Origin: an uncultured Candidatus Saccharibacteria bacterium
GTDB taxonomy: Bacteria > Patescibacteriota > Minisyncoccia > UBA6257 > GWB1-50-10
Reading direction: 5' to 3'
Assembly (NCBI GenBank): GCA_964365955.1
Contig: CAYISA010000002.1
Location: 23,329 to 87,328, forward strand
DNA: 64,000 nt
The notes beneath the pieces are model-generated. The model saw only the letters and a program-made list of their open reading frames with translations. It did not search any database and was not told the DNA's origin. Positions 21,175-31,085 of the stretch are shown in pieces. The first letter of the stretch is position 1; each line of letters starts with the position of its first letter. The translations under genes were made by a program, and so were the position numbers.

Positions 21175-22104
21175 TTATTTATTCCACCCCACATTTATTA
21201 CACGAAAAAGCGCCTGCCACATTCCTATAATCATGCCAGCATCCTTGACATAACTTATCCACATAAATGGGATAAAGTCTTTATGCCTCCGCCCAGAGTA
21301 AAGCGATATGTGCCACGCGCGAATAATGGGGAGAGGAATTACTATTTTCACCAGTCGTGAGACGGTCGAAAGAATGGTATTTAAGATTATATGGAACAGG
21401 GAAAAATGTTTCGCGTAGTAGTAATAATTCGTTCTCCCTTTTCCCCGAGCTCTCTGTTGCCACCAAAATTCCTTCAGGGTGTCTGGCGCGATATGGGGAA
21501 CAATAATTTCCGTTGCTCGCACGCCTGGATACCGTTTCTCAAGTTCAACTCCAAAATCAACATCTTCGCCGGAAAACCCTGGCATATCTTCAGAAAATAA
21601 GCCTACCTCAAGCGCTGCGTCTTTTCGGCACGAAAAACCTTCGGTCCATACCCAAGGAGCACCCTTTACCGTATACACATAGTATCCCTCTGCGCCGACA
21701 TATCGAGGATATAGTTTTTCGGTATTGAGCACGCGATCAAACACAGAAACCCAATACTTGCCCTCAAGATAATATGGAGCTATCCTTCCCAAAAAATCAC
21801 GCGGAAGAATAACATCAGCGTTCAGAATAACGAGCACGTTGTTCTTCGCGGCTTTAATTCCAATATTGCGTGCCTCGGCAACACCTTTTCGTTTGCTTTC
21901 CGGCTGAAAAAGAAGCGAAAAATACGAGAGGCGATTTGCATATCCCTTGATAATCTCAATGGTTTTATCTGTAGAGTGACCATCCACAATAATTACCTCG
22001 TATCCGTCCCAATCAAGAGCTTCGAGCGCATTTAGCGTACGATAAATATCTTTTTCCTCATTGTAGGTAGGAACAATTATGCTAAAACTCGGTTTATTGA
22101 ACAT
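21175..22104 (-). CDS. GT2 glycosyltransferase
   Basis: SIIVPTYNEE, VDGHSTD, LNADV, GEDVD, QQRAR. Confidence 0.9.
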   Translation of the reverse strand: MFNKPSFSIIVPTYNEEKDIYRTLNALEALDWDGYEVIIVDGHSTDKTIEIIKGYANRLSYFSLLFQPESKRKGVAEARNIGIKAAKNNVLVILNADVILPRDFLGRIAPYYLEGKYWVSVFDRVLNTEKLYPRYVGAEGYYVYTVKGAPWVWTEGFSCRKDAALEVGLFSEDMPGFSGEDVDFGVELEKRYPGVRATEIIVPHIAPDTLKEFWWQQRARGKGRTNYYYYAKHFSLFHIILNTILSTVSRLVKIVIPLPIIRAWHISLYSGRRHKDFIPFMWISYVKDAGMIIGMWQALFRVINVGWNK

Positions 22105-22157
22105 TTAGTTATACTATATCTAATTTTGCACCTTTTCAAAAATTCGTTTTGATTTTT

Positions 22158-23414
22158 TTATCTCCGGGTGGTATGAAAAAGATAAGAAGCGATATTTTGC
22201 GAATACGCTTCCCACGTGAATTTATTAAGGGTCCGCTCTGCCTCGGCAACAAGAATTGATTCGGTATTCAAAGCATGCTCTATAACGCGAGCCATAGAAA
22301 CTGGATCGGGATTCGCCTCAAAAAGCATCTTGCCTTTGAGTTCGCCCAAATCTCCCGAAAGGTCATAGTCGGTCGAGCAAATAACCTTTTTCCTTAAAGA
22401 GAGGCCTTCCATCACAGTAAGATCAAAGTCGATCCAGGCAGGATGGAATATTGCCGCAGCACTTGCGTAGAGATCCAGTAAATCCTCCTCCGCAACAAAA
22501 CCAGCAAGTACTGCATGACTTTCTACACGTAGTTCTTTAATAAGTGCTTCCAGATTTTTATCCTCCGGACCTCTGCCTCCCACTACAAAATAAATATCAT
22601 TTCTTTTCTTTTTTAGCTCTGCTATGGTCCGAATGCAAAGATCAATGCGTTTCCCGGGAATCAATCGGCTTATATCAACAAGTATCTTAGCGTCAGGAGG
22701 AAAACCATATTTTGCTCGCATGTCTTTTTTTGATTTGTAATTAAAAAAAGACGGGTTCACACCACTTTTTATATCAATTACAGGGCGACTATAAAATTGC
22801 TCATTCTCCCAAGCCATCCTCCGAGTCATAGAAAAAGCGTAGGCAGCGCGACGCACTACAAAATAATTCATCCAAGCGCGGCACTGCAACGCCAATCTAG
22901 CAAAAAATCCCCTAACCGGATTTTCCAGTGGAATAAAAGCCTGATGTCCGGAAATCGAATTTCTTACTTTGGTAAACACTCGATTAAAGGGTGCCATATA
23001 TTTCAATCCGTCTTCTGGAAAATTAAAAAATGAAGCGTAGAGAAATGTAGCGTAAGGAATTCTCATCCCCAGAGAAGCTAAATAAAGTAACTCTGCGTCC
23101 GCGGGATTCTGTCCTAATAAAATATCTGGTCGAAATATTTTTATCTCCTTCCGGAGTCTACCAACACTCGAGAGAGAAATCCAAATCTTCCAGAATATAT
23201 GAGTTGGATAATTACCTTCATGAAAGCTGGCAATAGGGACATCTGCGTAAGCACCGTCAAAAAGCGAAACAGTATTTTTGCCCTTTACCGAAACCACGCG
23301 TACTTCATAACCGAATTTTATAAACCACTTAGCGATTTCAAGCATCAACCGCTCAGCACCACCTTCGTGTGCAAGAGTTTTCCTAAACAAAAGTATTCTT
23401 TTCTTTTCAATCAT
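22158..23414 (-). CDS. GT4 glycosyltransferase
   Basis: GGAER, SRLIPGKRID, G.GP, DFDLTVMEG. Confidence 0.85.
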   Translation of the reverse strand: MIEKKRILLFRKTLAHEGGAERLMLEIAKWFIKFGYEVRVVSVKGKNTVSLFDGAYADVPIASFHEGNYPTHIFWKIWISLSSVGRLRKEIKIFRPDILLGQNPADAELLYLASLGMRIPYATFLYASFFNFPEDGLKYMAPFNRVFTKVRNSISGHQAFIPLENPVRGFFARLALQCRAWMNYFVVRRAAYAFSMTRRMAWENEQFYSRPVIDIKSGVNPSFFNYKSKKDMRAKYGFPPDAKILVDISRLIPGKRIDLCIRTIAELKKKRNDIYFVVGGRGPEDKNLEALIKELRVESHAVLAGFVAEEDLLDLYASAAAIFHPAWIDFDLTVMEGLSLRKKVICSTDYDLSGDLGELKGKMLFEANPDPVSMARVIEHALNTESILVAEAERTLNKFTWEAYSQNIASYLFHTTRR

Positions 23415-23463
23415 ATACGCGCGCAAGGTTTCTCAAAAACTAAAAGATTGTGGTCAACCAGAG

Positions 23464-24483
23464 CTAGTGTATTTCGGAAATATTTACTACACGTTTCTCT
23501 GCGTTTGATATTCTTGCGGCTTCAAGAATACGCGCTTGAGCCAAAAGATCATCTTCATAATCCTTCGTGCTTGCTTGACCCACAAAAATTTCTTTACAAA
23601 AATCGTCCACCATTAATTTAAAATGGTCGATCGGCGGGAATCCAATTTCCTCAACCCTATCGTTAGAATCAAGAAAAATTTTTGTTCCCATGTCACTTGG
23701 GACAGCATATGCTCGCCCCATTCTTATATGAGCCTTAGTACCCAAAACACTGTAGGTTGATTGAAAGTAAGAACCAAAGAATGAAGTAGTTGAGGCTGTT
23801 CGTCCCTCGGAATATTCCAGAAGTACGGTTGCGCCTATATCAACACCACTCTTCGGATCGATTTCCAATCGACAAAAAACACTGACCGGCTCTTCACCAA
23901 AAACCATCCGACTTGCAGAGACCGGATATACCGCACATGAGTTCAAAGATCCTCCCTCTAAATCTTTCTTCATCGCAATATCTGTTTCCTCAGGCATGGT
24001 AAAACCAAGACAACCATCAAATTTGGTAAGCCTCCCTAGAGTTCCTTGTTCTATCAATTCTTTTACTTTTATTTGTTGGGGGTGATAACGAAACATCAAG
24101 CCCTCAAGAAGCCGAACTTTGTTTTTTTTTGCAGCACCAACCATTCGCTTTGCTGCCGCATAAGAAATAGCGGCTGGTTTTTCGCAAATTACATGCTTTC
24201 CGGCCTCAAGTGCTTTCACAGTCCACTCTTCGTGAAGAGAGTTGGGAAGAGAAATATAAACCGCTTGAATATCCTTATTTTCTAAAACTTCTTCATATGT
24301 TCCCCACTTGTCCGCACCGAATTGCGCTGCGACTTCTTTTGCTTTTTCAGAGTTCCTACTTCCCACCATGCTAAGCTCGGAATATTCCGAACTTCCTATT
24401 GCGGAAAGCATCCTCTTCAGGGCAATACGTGATAAACCAATGACGCCAAATTTAACTTTAGAATTTTGTTTTTTTGTAGTCAT
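23464..24483 (-). CDS. Gfo/Idh/MocA oxidoreductase (NDP-hexose 3-ketoreductase-like)
   Basis: GLSRIA, YISLPNSLH, CEKP, MFRYHPQ, GGSL. Confidence 0.85.
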   Translation of the reverse strand: MTTKKQNSKVKFGVIGLSRIALKRMLSAIGSSEYSELSMVGSRNSEKAKEVAAQFGADKWGTYEEVLENKDIQAVYISLPNSLHEEWTVKALEAGKHVICEKPAAISYAAAKRMVGAAKKNKVRLLEGLMFRYHPQQIKVKELIEQGTLGRLTKFDGCLGFTMPEETDIAMKKDLEGGSLNSCAVYPVSASRMVFGEEPVSVFCRLEIDPKSGVDIGATVLLEYSEGRTASTTSFFGSYFQSTYSVLGTKAHIRMGRAYAVPSDMGTKIFLDSNDRVEEIGFPPIDHFKLMVDDFCKEIFVGQASTKDYEDDLLAQARILEAARISNAEKRVVNISEIH

Positions 24484-24498
24484 GATATGTCAATTGCT

Positions 24499-25230
24499 TC
24501 AGGATTTTTTTGCTATAACGATAACATTTTGTGTAAAAACTCCTACCCCACTCCCGGCTTCAACTAGACGGTACAAACGAAGGCGAAGCTCAATACAAAA
24601 CCATAAAATAAGCCGAAGGAAAGAGATGGGTCCATGAGCCGTCGGCCGGACTGAAAAGACCTGCACTGCATCAAAGCCATATGCCAAAAGTATCTGTTTT
24701 AAACTTGAGCCAGTAAAACTTGTATCGTGTGTAAAGTCACCATAGCGGAGACGGCCACTCATCGGACTTTCGGCATTCGGAGTTTTTATAATAAGGGTTC
24801 CACCTTTTTTTAATGACTCAAAAATTAATTCCATAATTTCTAAAACTTCAGCTTTTTCAAAGTGACCCAAGACATCCCGTATAAAAATCAGATCAAAAAA
24901 ATTCTTTCGAGTTTTCAAAAAATTGCTCAGATCGTCCTTCTCAATTCCAGAGATACCAATTTTTTTACCCAACTCAATCTGCTCAGAACTCACATCAACC
25001 CCCACAGCATTTTTATAATCCAAGGACCTTAACCAATAAACAAAACCACCGTTGCCACATCCCAGATCAACAATATTCGCATCGGTATTCCCCGTCAAAA
25101 ATCCGGAATAATAATTATTCCAAGCAGTAAACTGGTTTTTAATAATTTCCAAGCTAGTGTCCCCATAAAGATTGTGATTGTGCTGGGAAACGTACTTTGA
25201 ATAAAATTTTTCTTTGTAATTACTCTCCAT
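24499..25230 (-). CDS. class I SAM-dependent methyltransferase
   Basis: VDLGCGNG, GVDVS, TPNA, DFTH. Confidence 0.88.
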   Translation of the reverse strand: MESNYKEKFYSKYVSQHNHNLYGDTSLEIIKNQFTAWNNYYSGFLTGNTDANIVDLGCGNGGFVYWLRSLDYKNAVGVDVSSEQIELGKKIGISGIEKDDLSNFLKTRKNFFDLIFIRDVLGHFEKAEVLEIMELIFESLKKGGTLIIKTPNAESPMSGRLRYGDFTHDTSFTGSSLKQILLAYGFDAVQVFSVRPTAHGPISFLRLILWFCIELRLRLYRLVEAGSGVGVFTQNVIVIAKKS

Positions 25231-25233
25231 GAT

Positions 25234-26355
25234 TTAAGAAAGGGACTGAAGAACTGCTTTTAAAGTACGGACAACATAACTTTTTTCTTCATCGGTTAAA
25301 ATCGGGCCACTGGGAATATAAAATCCATTTAGGCCAAGATTGTTTGCAACCGGGCAGTCCTCTGGCTTCGCCAATCCTTTCTTAATGAAAATGTCTTGCA
25401 TATTGTACGGAATAAAATCTTCTCGAACTTCGATTCCCTGCCTTAATAATTCTTTAAGAACAGCTGACCTCTTCCCATGGGCGCTTCCACGAAGGATTAC
25501 ATTAAACATCCAGTACACATTCTTGGCATACGGTTTTTCTACAGGAAGCTGAAGTTGCTCTACATCCGCAAGTTCTTTTAAATAAAAGGAGGCGAGTTCT
25601 CGTTTTTTTTGAATGATAAAATCAATTTTTTTAAGCTGAGCCAACCCTAGCGCCGCCTGCAAATTCGTAAGCCGATAATTAAAACCAATCTCCTGATGCA
25701 TGAATTTGTTTTCTTTTCCAAACGCAAGCGCCTTTAGCATCCGCGCTCTTTCTGCAAGCTCCTTGTTATTGGTTGTGATCATTCCACCTTCACCAGTCGT
25801 GATTATTTTATTCGCATAAAAACTAAAACAACCAATATCACCCAAGGAACCGACTTTTCTCCCTTTGTATTCTGTGCCATGCGCTTCAGCACAATCTTCA
25901 ATTACATACAGGTTATGTTTTTTTGCAATCGCTAAAATTGGATCCATATCAACCGGGTGCCCGTAAATATGAACAACCATAATCGCCTTAGTTTTTGGCG
26001 TTATCTTTGCCTCAATCAAATTTGGATCAATGTTCCATGTGTCCGGTTCACTATCGATCGGAATGGGCCTTGCTCCTTGGTAATGGACAGCAAAGAAAGT
26101 GGCCATATTCGTAAAGCTCTGCACAAGCACATCATCACCCGCACCGATCTTCAGGGCCGCAAGTGCCAGATGAAGCGCCGTCGTCCCGTTTGATACAGTT
26201 ACTGCATGCTCAACCCCACAATAGCGCGCGAAGCCGGTTTCAAAGTCTGTTATATAGTTTCCGGAAAACCCAGAAAGCTCTCCTTTGTTTAGAGCGTCAT
26301 TTACAAACTTTTTTTCTTCTTCTCCAATAACCGGCTGGGAAACAGGGATTTTCAT
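25234..26355 (-). CDS. DegT/DnrJ aminotransferase, GDP-perosamine synthase-like
   Basis: SNGTTALHLA, VHIYGHP, EDCAEAHG, SFYANKIITTGEGG, GFNYRLTN. Confidence 0.9.
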   Translation of the reverse strand: MKIPVSQPVIGEEEKKFVNDALNKGELSGFSGNYITDFETGFARYCGVEHAVTVSNGTTALHLALAALKIGAGDDVLVQSFTNMATFFAVHYQGARPIPIDSEPDTWNIDPNLIEAKITPKTKAIMVVHIYGHPVDMDPILAIAKKHNLYVIEDCAEAHGTEYKGRKVGSLGDIGCFSFYANKIITTGEGGMITTNNKELAERARMLKALAFGKENKFMHQEIGFNYRLTNLQAALGLAQLKKIDFIIQKKRELASFYLKELADVEQLQLPVEKPYAKNVYWMFNVILRGSAHGKRSAVLKELLRQGIEVREDFIPYNMQDIFIKKGLAKPEDCPVANNLGLNGFYIPSGPILTDEEKSYVVRTLKAVLQSLS

Positions 26356-26411
26356 AAGAATTACAGGTGTAATTATGACGAAGTGGTGCAAAAAATACAA
26401 ACGTACATAAT

Positions 26412-26441
26412 AAAAAGAGGCGGGGTATTTCCCCCGCCTCT
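26412..26441 (-). terminator. intrinsic terminator of HD gene
   Basis: AGAGGCGGGG/CCCCGCCTCT stem followed by T run on minus strand. Confidence 0.7.
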
Positions 26442-26458
26442 ACCTTGAGCTTTGTAAC

Positions 26459-27166
26459 TCAATCTCTCGCGAACTCCACCGGATATGGCACGAGACCTTC
26501 CTTGCGCCGCTGTTCCACAATCTTTTCGAGGAACGCTCTAAGTTCGGCCACATACTCCGTAATCATCCACTTCGCCTTCTCAGTCCGCACCGCGAATCGC
26601 GCATTCTCGGGAGAATTAAAATCTCCCCAGTCCAGGCAATCACGGAGAGCGTCCATAACCGTCGGACGACTATTGTAGCGCCCGACTTTCTCGCCGCTCA
26701 AAAGTCGAACGGGATCAAGCACTAGTTGTTCTGAATGAAACTGCGCCGAGCGAATTATGACATCGAGTCGCGTGTTTACAACCCGATCGGCGTCCTTCAA
26801 GGCAATCGTAACAGCATCATCTGACTCTTCGTTCGGTCTGCCATGATTCAAAACCGCTCGAGCAATGATCTGTTTTTCCTCTTCGGAGAGATTCGGTTCT
26901 GTATCAAGCCAGCTCCTTACTAGCACTTCGACATCTGCGGCGGGAACTTCTCCACGCGGCTTGCCTAAGTCTATCGCAATCATGCGATCAGCATTATGAC
27001 AAATACCAGCGACCCAAGCTTGACCAGAAGAATCCGACCAAAACGTTTGAGCAAGTTGTGCCACAGCAAAAGCATGATCGAAATCATGTCCATGGGCCAT
27101 CTTTCGGCTCACGTGTGCTTTTCTCACAATTTTTGTGAGATTCGGAAACACAGTCCATAAATGCAT
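26459..27166 (-). CDS. HD-domain-like metal-dependent hydrolase (orphan)
   Basis: GHDFDH, AGICHNAD (HN in place of HD), LNH, LKDADR; AGGAG SD. Confidence 0.65.
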   Translation of the reverse strand: MHLWTVFPNLTKIVRKAHVSRKMAHGHDFDHAFAVAQLAQTFWSDSSGQAWVAGICHNADRMIAIDLGKPRGEVPAADVEVLVRSWLDTEPNLSEEEKQIIARAVLNHGRPNEESDDAVTIALKDADRVVNTRLDVIIRSAQFHSEQLVLDPVRLLSGEKVGRYNSRPTVMDALRDCLDWGDFNSPENARFAVRTEKAKWMITEYVAELRAFLEKIVEQRRKEGLVPYPVEFARD

Positions 27167-27246
27167 CTGAAACTCCTTTCGTAGAGTTATTTGCTATACG
27201 TTATTTTTAAGCTTCTAGTAAGACAATAACATACTATATATTTCTT

Positions 27247-27657
27247 TGTCAATACTACGTAATGGTTCAATAGCTTGGAATACCCCTCGGGGCCATTCAA
27301 GCTATGTACATGGCATATTCTAACAATCCCCATCTGCCTCGTGTCCGACGGGAAGCGGTGCAGCTTGTTCGTGCAGGATGGAGCACCGTGAAGGTTGCTC
27401 GACATTTGGGATATTCCCAGAGTGCCGTTGTGAAGTGGGCGCAGCGTGCTCCGGAGGATGGGAGAAAAATCATTCCTACGCTCTCATCCCGCCCTCTTCA
27501 TCATCCGAACGAACTTTCGGATACGGTGGTGTTCCGCATCTTGGAACTTCGGAGAGAACGGAACCAATGCGCGGAGATTCTGCAGTATCGGCTGCAGAGA
27601 GAAGGAATCGCAGTATCTCTCTCTTCGGTAAAACGAACTCTCCGCAGACATCAATAG
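27247..27657 (+). mobile_element. truncated IS481-like transposase remnant (ORF 27304-27657, HTH only)
   Basis: GWSTVKVARHLGYSQSAVVKW HTH, SSRP..HP, VSLSSVKRTLRR; stops before any DDE domain; possible TGT left end at 27247. Confidence 0.7.
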
Positions 27658-27663
27658 AACCCT

Positions 27664-28743
27664 TCACCTTATCTTGAGCTCGTGCTCCATCATTATGGAC
27701 ACAAGATCGTCAAATTTTATTTTCGGCTCCCAACCAAGTTTGGTTTTAGCTTTTGTATAATCACCCAGGAGATCGTGGACTTCTGATGGACGAAAGAAAT
27801 CCGGATCAATTTCCAATAGTACCGCCCCCGTTTTTTTATCAAACCCCTTTTCATCAATGCCCTTGCCGCGCCACTCTATATCAATTCCCACGTGTTTAAA
27901 GGATTTTTCAACAAATTCACGCACGGAGTGACTTTCTCCTGTTGCAATAACGTAATCATCTGGCTCCGACTGTTGTAGCATAAGCCACATCGCCTCTACA
28001 TATTCGGGAGCGTATCCCCAATCTCTTTTTGCATCTAAATTACCAAGATGTAGTTTTGGATGAAGTCCCTTCTTAATACCCACAACGCCTTTTGCAATTT
28101 TCCGTGTTACAAAATTAATTCCCCGCCTAGGTGATTCATGGTTAAAAAGAATGCCATTTGCTGCAAATATGTTATAAGCTTCGCGATAATTCCTTACTAC
28201 ATTGAATGCAAACACCTTGGCGCATCCATAAGGACTTCTTGGATGAAAAGGGGTTAGCTCATGTTGTGGAGCAGGAGCAGCGCCAAACATCTCTGAACTT
28301 GCCGCTTGGTAAAATTTAATTTTATGCCCCGGATTACGCGCTTCAAACTCTTTAATAAGCTCAAGGAGTCTTAACACACCAAGACCCGTAACATTCGCAG
28401 TATATTCGGGAATATCAAAACTAATTCGCACGTGGGATTGAGCGCCTAAGTTATAAATTTCGTCCGGAGGGAAGTCGAATTTATGGAGCCCATATCTTCC
28501 GTATGCGTCATGCGAACCAAATATAAACCTGGAAAGACTATGCGTATCTGAGAGATCGCCATAATCTCTAAAGAGGACCGCTCCTTTGTTATGTAAGTCT
28601 TTAAGGATATGGTCAATACGCTCCGTATTCGGAGAAGAAGAACGGCGAACAACTCCCATGACTTTATAGCCTTTTTCCAATAATAACTCAGCGAGGTATG
28701 AACCGTCTTGGCCCGTTATGCCCGTAATAAGCGCGCTTTTCAT
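27664..28743 (-). CDS. gmd: GDP-mannose 4,6-dehydratase
   Basis: [47 protein letters not shown]. Confidence 0.97.
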   Translation of the reverse strand: MKSALITGITGQDGSYLAELLLEKGYKVMGVVRRSSSPNTERIDHILKDLHNKGAVLFRDYGDLSDTHSLSRFIFGSHDAYGRYGLHKFDFPPDEIYNLGAQSHVRISFDIPEYTANVTGLGVLRLLELIKEFEARNPGHKIKFYQAASSEMFGAAPAPQHELTPFHPRSPYGCAKVFAFNVVRNYREAYNIFAANGILFNHESPRRGINFVTRKIAKGVVGIKKGLHPKLHLGNLDAKRDWGYAPEYVEAMWLMLQQSEPDDYVIATGESHSVREFVEKSFKHVGIDIEWRGKGIDEKGFDKKTGAVLLEIDPDFFRPSEVHDLLGDYTKAKTKLGWEPKIKFDDLVSIMMEHELKIR

Positions 28744-28828
28744 GATTAACAAATGATAAGAAAAATAAGGCCGATGGTCAAGTTTATGCGTTGACTGATA
28801 AGGTTTATTTTGCTTACATGTATATGCT

Positions 28829-30061
28829 ATGGCGCATATTACGAAATGCAGATTTTGCAACAAAACGACCCTAGAGCCCTACCTTGACCTAGGTTTTACG
28901 CCTCATGCCGATCGATTCCCAACGTTGGAACAGCTCGAAAAGCCGGAACTATACCACCCCCTAAAAGTAATGATGTGTAAAAACTGCGGACTGCATCAAT
29001 TAAGCTACACAGTAGATCCAAAATTCCTTTACCAAGAGGATTATTTGTACGAATCGTCCATAACAAAAACCGGAGTTAGTCACTACCATAGTTTTGCCGA
29101 GTCGGTCACAAAGAAATTTGATCTTACAAAAAAAGACCTTGTGGTTGATGTGGGCTCAAACGTCGGGGTTCTCCTTAAGGGATTCAAAAACCAGGACGTA
29201 AAAATTCTTGGCGTTGATCCGGCAAAAAACATTGCGGCGATCGCGAATAAGAACGGCATACGGACCATTCCAGATTTTTTCGTTTCGCACGTTGCGCAGA
29301 CGGCGCGGAAAAAATACGGCCCCGCCAAAATCATTGTCGGCACGAATGTTTTTGCCCATATTTTTGACCACCACATTTTTATGAAAGCGGTAAAAATCCT
29401 TCTCGCAAAAGACGGGGTGTTTATCTTTGAATCCCCCCATCTTTCGCACCTCATACAAAACCTCGAATACGACACAATCTACCATCAGCACCTCCTCTAT
29501 CTATCATTAAAACCCGTGGTGCAATTTTTCAAAAGCCATGGAATGGAGGTATTTGATGTGGAAACATACCCCATTCACGGTGGCTCGTTTAGGGTATTTA
29601 TCGGTAACCGAGATGTCCACAAAGTCCAACTATCGGTGGCGCGGATGCTAAAAAGCGAAAAGAAAGGCGGAATTTATTTTATTCCGAAATTGAAAAAATT
29701 CGGAAAAAAAGTTCATCAGCACCGGCAAAAACTTATGAATTTATTGACGGATTTAAAGCGTCGTGGGAAAAAAATCGCCATTGTAAGCACCCCTGCCAAA
29801 GGAATGACCTTGTTAAATTTTTGCCGGATAGGTCCGGAACACGTTGAGTTTGCAACGGAAAAATCAAAATTAAAAATAGGTCGTTTTACTTCGGGAACGC
29901 ACATCCCGATTTTCCCCGATTCCGAATTATTGAAACGGAAACCCGATTATGCTCTGCTTCTGGCCTGGAATTTTGCGCCGGAGATTATGCGGGGACTAAG
30001 CGAGTACAAAAAGAAAGGTGGTAAATTTATCATCCCGATTCCTAAACCAAAAATAGTATAA
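28829..30061 (+). CDS. NDP-hexose C-methyltransferase family
   Basis: CRFC...CKNC Zn motif, [31 protein letters not shown]. Confidence 0.88.
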   Translation: MAHITKCRFCNKTTLEPYLDLGFTPHADRFPTLEQLEKPELYHPLKVMMCKNCGLHQLSYTVDPKFLYQEDYLYESSITKTGVSHYHSFAESVTKKFDLTKKDLVVDVGSNVGVLLKGFKNQDVKILGVDPAKNIAAIANKNGIRTIPDFFVSHVAQTARKKYGPAKIIVGTNVFAHIFDHHIFMKAVKILLAKDGVFIFESPHLSHLIQNLEYDTIYHQHLLYLSLKPVVQFFKSHGMEVFDVETYPIHGGSFRVFIGNRDVHKVQLSVARMLKSEKKGGIYFIPKLKKFGKKVHQHRQKLMNLLTDLKRRGKKIAIVSTPAKGMTLLNFCRIGPEHVEFATEKSKLKIGRFTSGTHIPIFPDSELLKRKPDYALLLAWNFAPEIMRGLSEYKKKGGKFIIPIPKPKIV

Positions 30062-30068
30062 TTGAATT

Positions 30069-30446
30069 ATGCAAGTAGAAAAAAAGCCCATTAACTTCGA
30101 GGATGCGCGCGGCACTATCCGCGATATTCTGATTGGCGTAGATGTTGATGCAGTCACTATTATCACCTGTGCAAAAAATTCCGTCCGGGGAAATCACTTC
30201 CATAAAAAGACGACGCAAAACACTTATGTGGTAAGCGGCAAATTAATTTATGCAACCCAACAAGACGACGGACCGATCGAAACCAAAACTGTTGAAACAG
30301 GAGATATCACCATAGATATTCCAGGATCAAGGCATGCCTTCAAAGCGCTTAAAGATTCGGTTATCCTACAGATGTCAAAAGGCCCCCGCCAGGGGAAGGA
30401 ATACGAATCAGACACTTTTCGTTTAGAAAAACCGATTCTTTCATAA
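30069..30446 (+). CDS. cupin-domain sugar isomerase/epimerase-like protein
   Basis: FEDARGTI, RGNHFH, HAF. Confidence 0.8.
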   Translation: MQVEKKPINFEDARGTIRDILIGVDVDAVTIITCAKNSVRGNHFHKKTTQNTYVVSGKLIYATQQDDGPIETKTVETGDITIDIPGSRHAFKALKDSVILQMSKGPRQGKEYESDTFRLEKPILS

Positions 30447-30473
30447 AAATATCCCTTTGAGGGATATTTTTAT
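30443..30473. terminator. bidirectional intrinsic terminator
   Basis: Perfect ATAAAAATATCCCT-TTG-AGGGATATTTTTAT between convergent genes. Confidence 0.85.
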
Positions 30474-30497
30474 TATGCCAAAAGACTGTTTGACGGA

Positions 30498-31085
30498 TCA
30501 TTGAAGCATTTCAAGAGTGCTCTTGGTTTGTTCATCATCCGGCCACAGCGAAAGAATTCGCTTTGCGATCACTTTCGCTTTTTCTTTTTGACCGCCGTCT
30601 TTATAAAGTTGGAAAAGCGTATAAAGCGGAGGCGGCAACTTCGGACCGATTTCCAATACTTTTAAATAATAATCTTCGGCTTTCCCGAAATCTTCTTGTT
30701 TCCCAAAACGCCTCCATAAGATGTAGTACATCTGCCCCGTCGTCAAAAGATGCCGCACGTCGTTTTTAAACATATACGGCTCCAGGTATCCCAGAAGCGC
30801 GCGCGATACGTTTTCCGGCGTGTCTTGCTGCGAGATCGCGGACATAATATCGTTCGACAAAAACTTTGCAATCTCTTCGTCCCCCACGGGAGCATAGAAC
30901 TTGAACGACGCATCAAACGTATCCTGGAATTGCTGGAGCGATTGCACGGAGCCAAGAGCGCGAAGCCCCGCAATAAACCGGCGGGAACGCGCAATAGGAA
31001 GGAGTGACCCATAAATAATCGCGACGATCACGATCATCCCTACCATGCTCGAGATAATAATTTTAACGGTTGGAGTCGCGCGCAT
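30498..31085 (-). CDS. membrane-anchored TPR-like protein
   Basis: N-terminal TM; AEDYYLKVLEIGP and AKRILSLWP TPR-like helices. Confidence 0.7.
   Translation of the reverse strand: MRATPTVKIIISSMVGMIVIVAIIYGSLLPIARSRRFIAGLRALGSVQSLQQFQDTFDASFKFYAPVGDEEIAKFLSNDIMSAISQQDTPENVSRALLGYLEPYMFKNDVRHLLTTGQMYYILWRRFGKQEDFGKAEDYYLKVLEIGPKLPPPLYTLFQLYKDGGQKEKAKVIAKRILSLWPDDEQTKSTLEMLQ

Noticed and set aside
24122-24130. A9 run in the Gfo/Idh/MocA gene as a phase-variation site
   Set aside because: In frame, encodes Lys-Lys-Asn; A runs are common in this AT-rich locus
28470-28525. Short apparent insertion in Gmd ([16 protein letters not shown]) as another palindromic element
   Set aside because: No inverted repeat or shared loop motif visible
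28744-28863. N-terminal extensions in the ORF track for gmd (also arfB, NUDIX 46421, metallophosphoesterase 54119)
   Set aside because: They overlap neighbouring genes; family similarity begins at downstream ATGs
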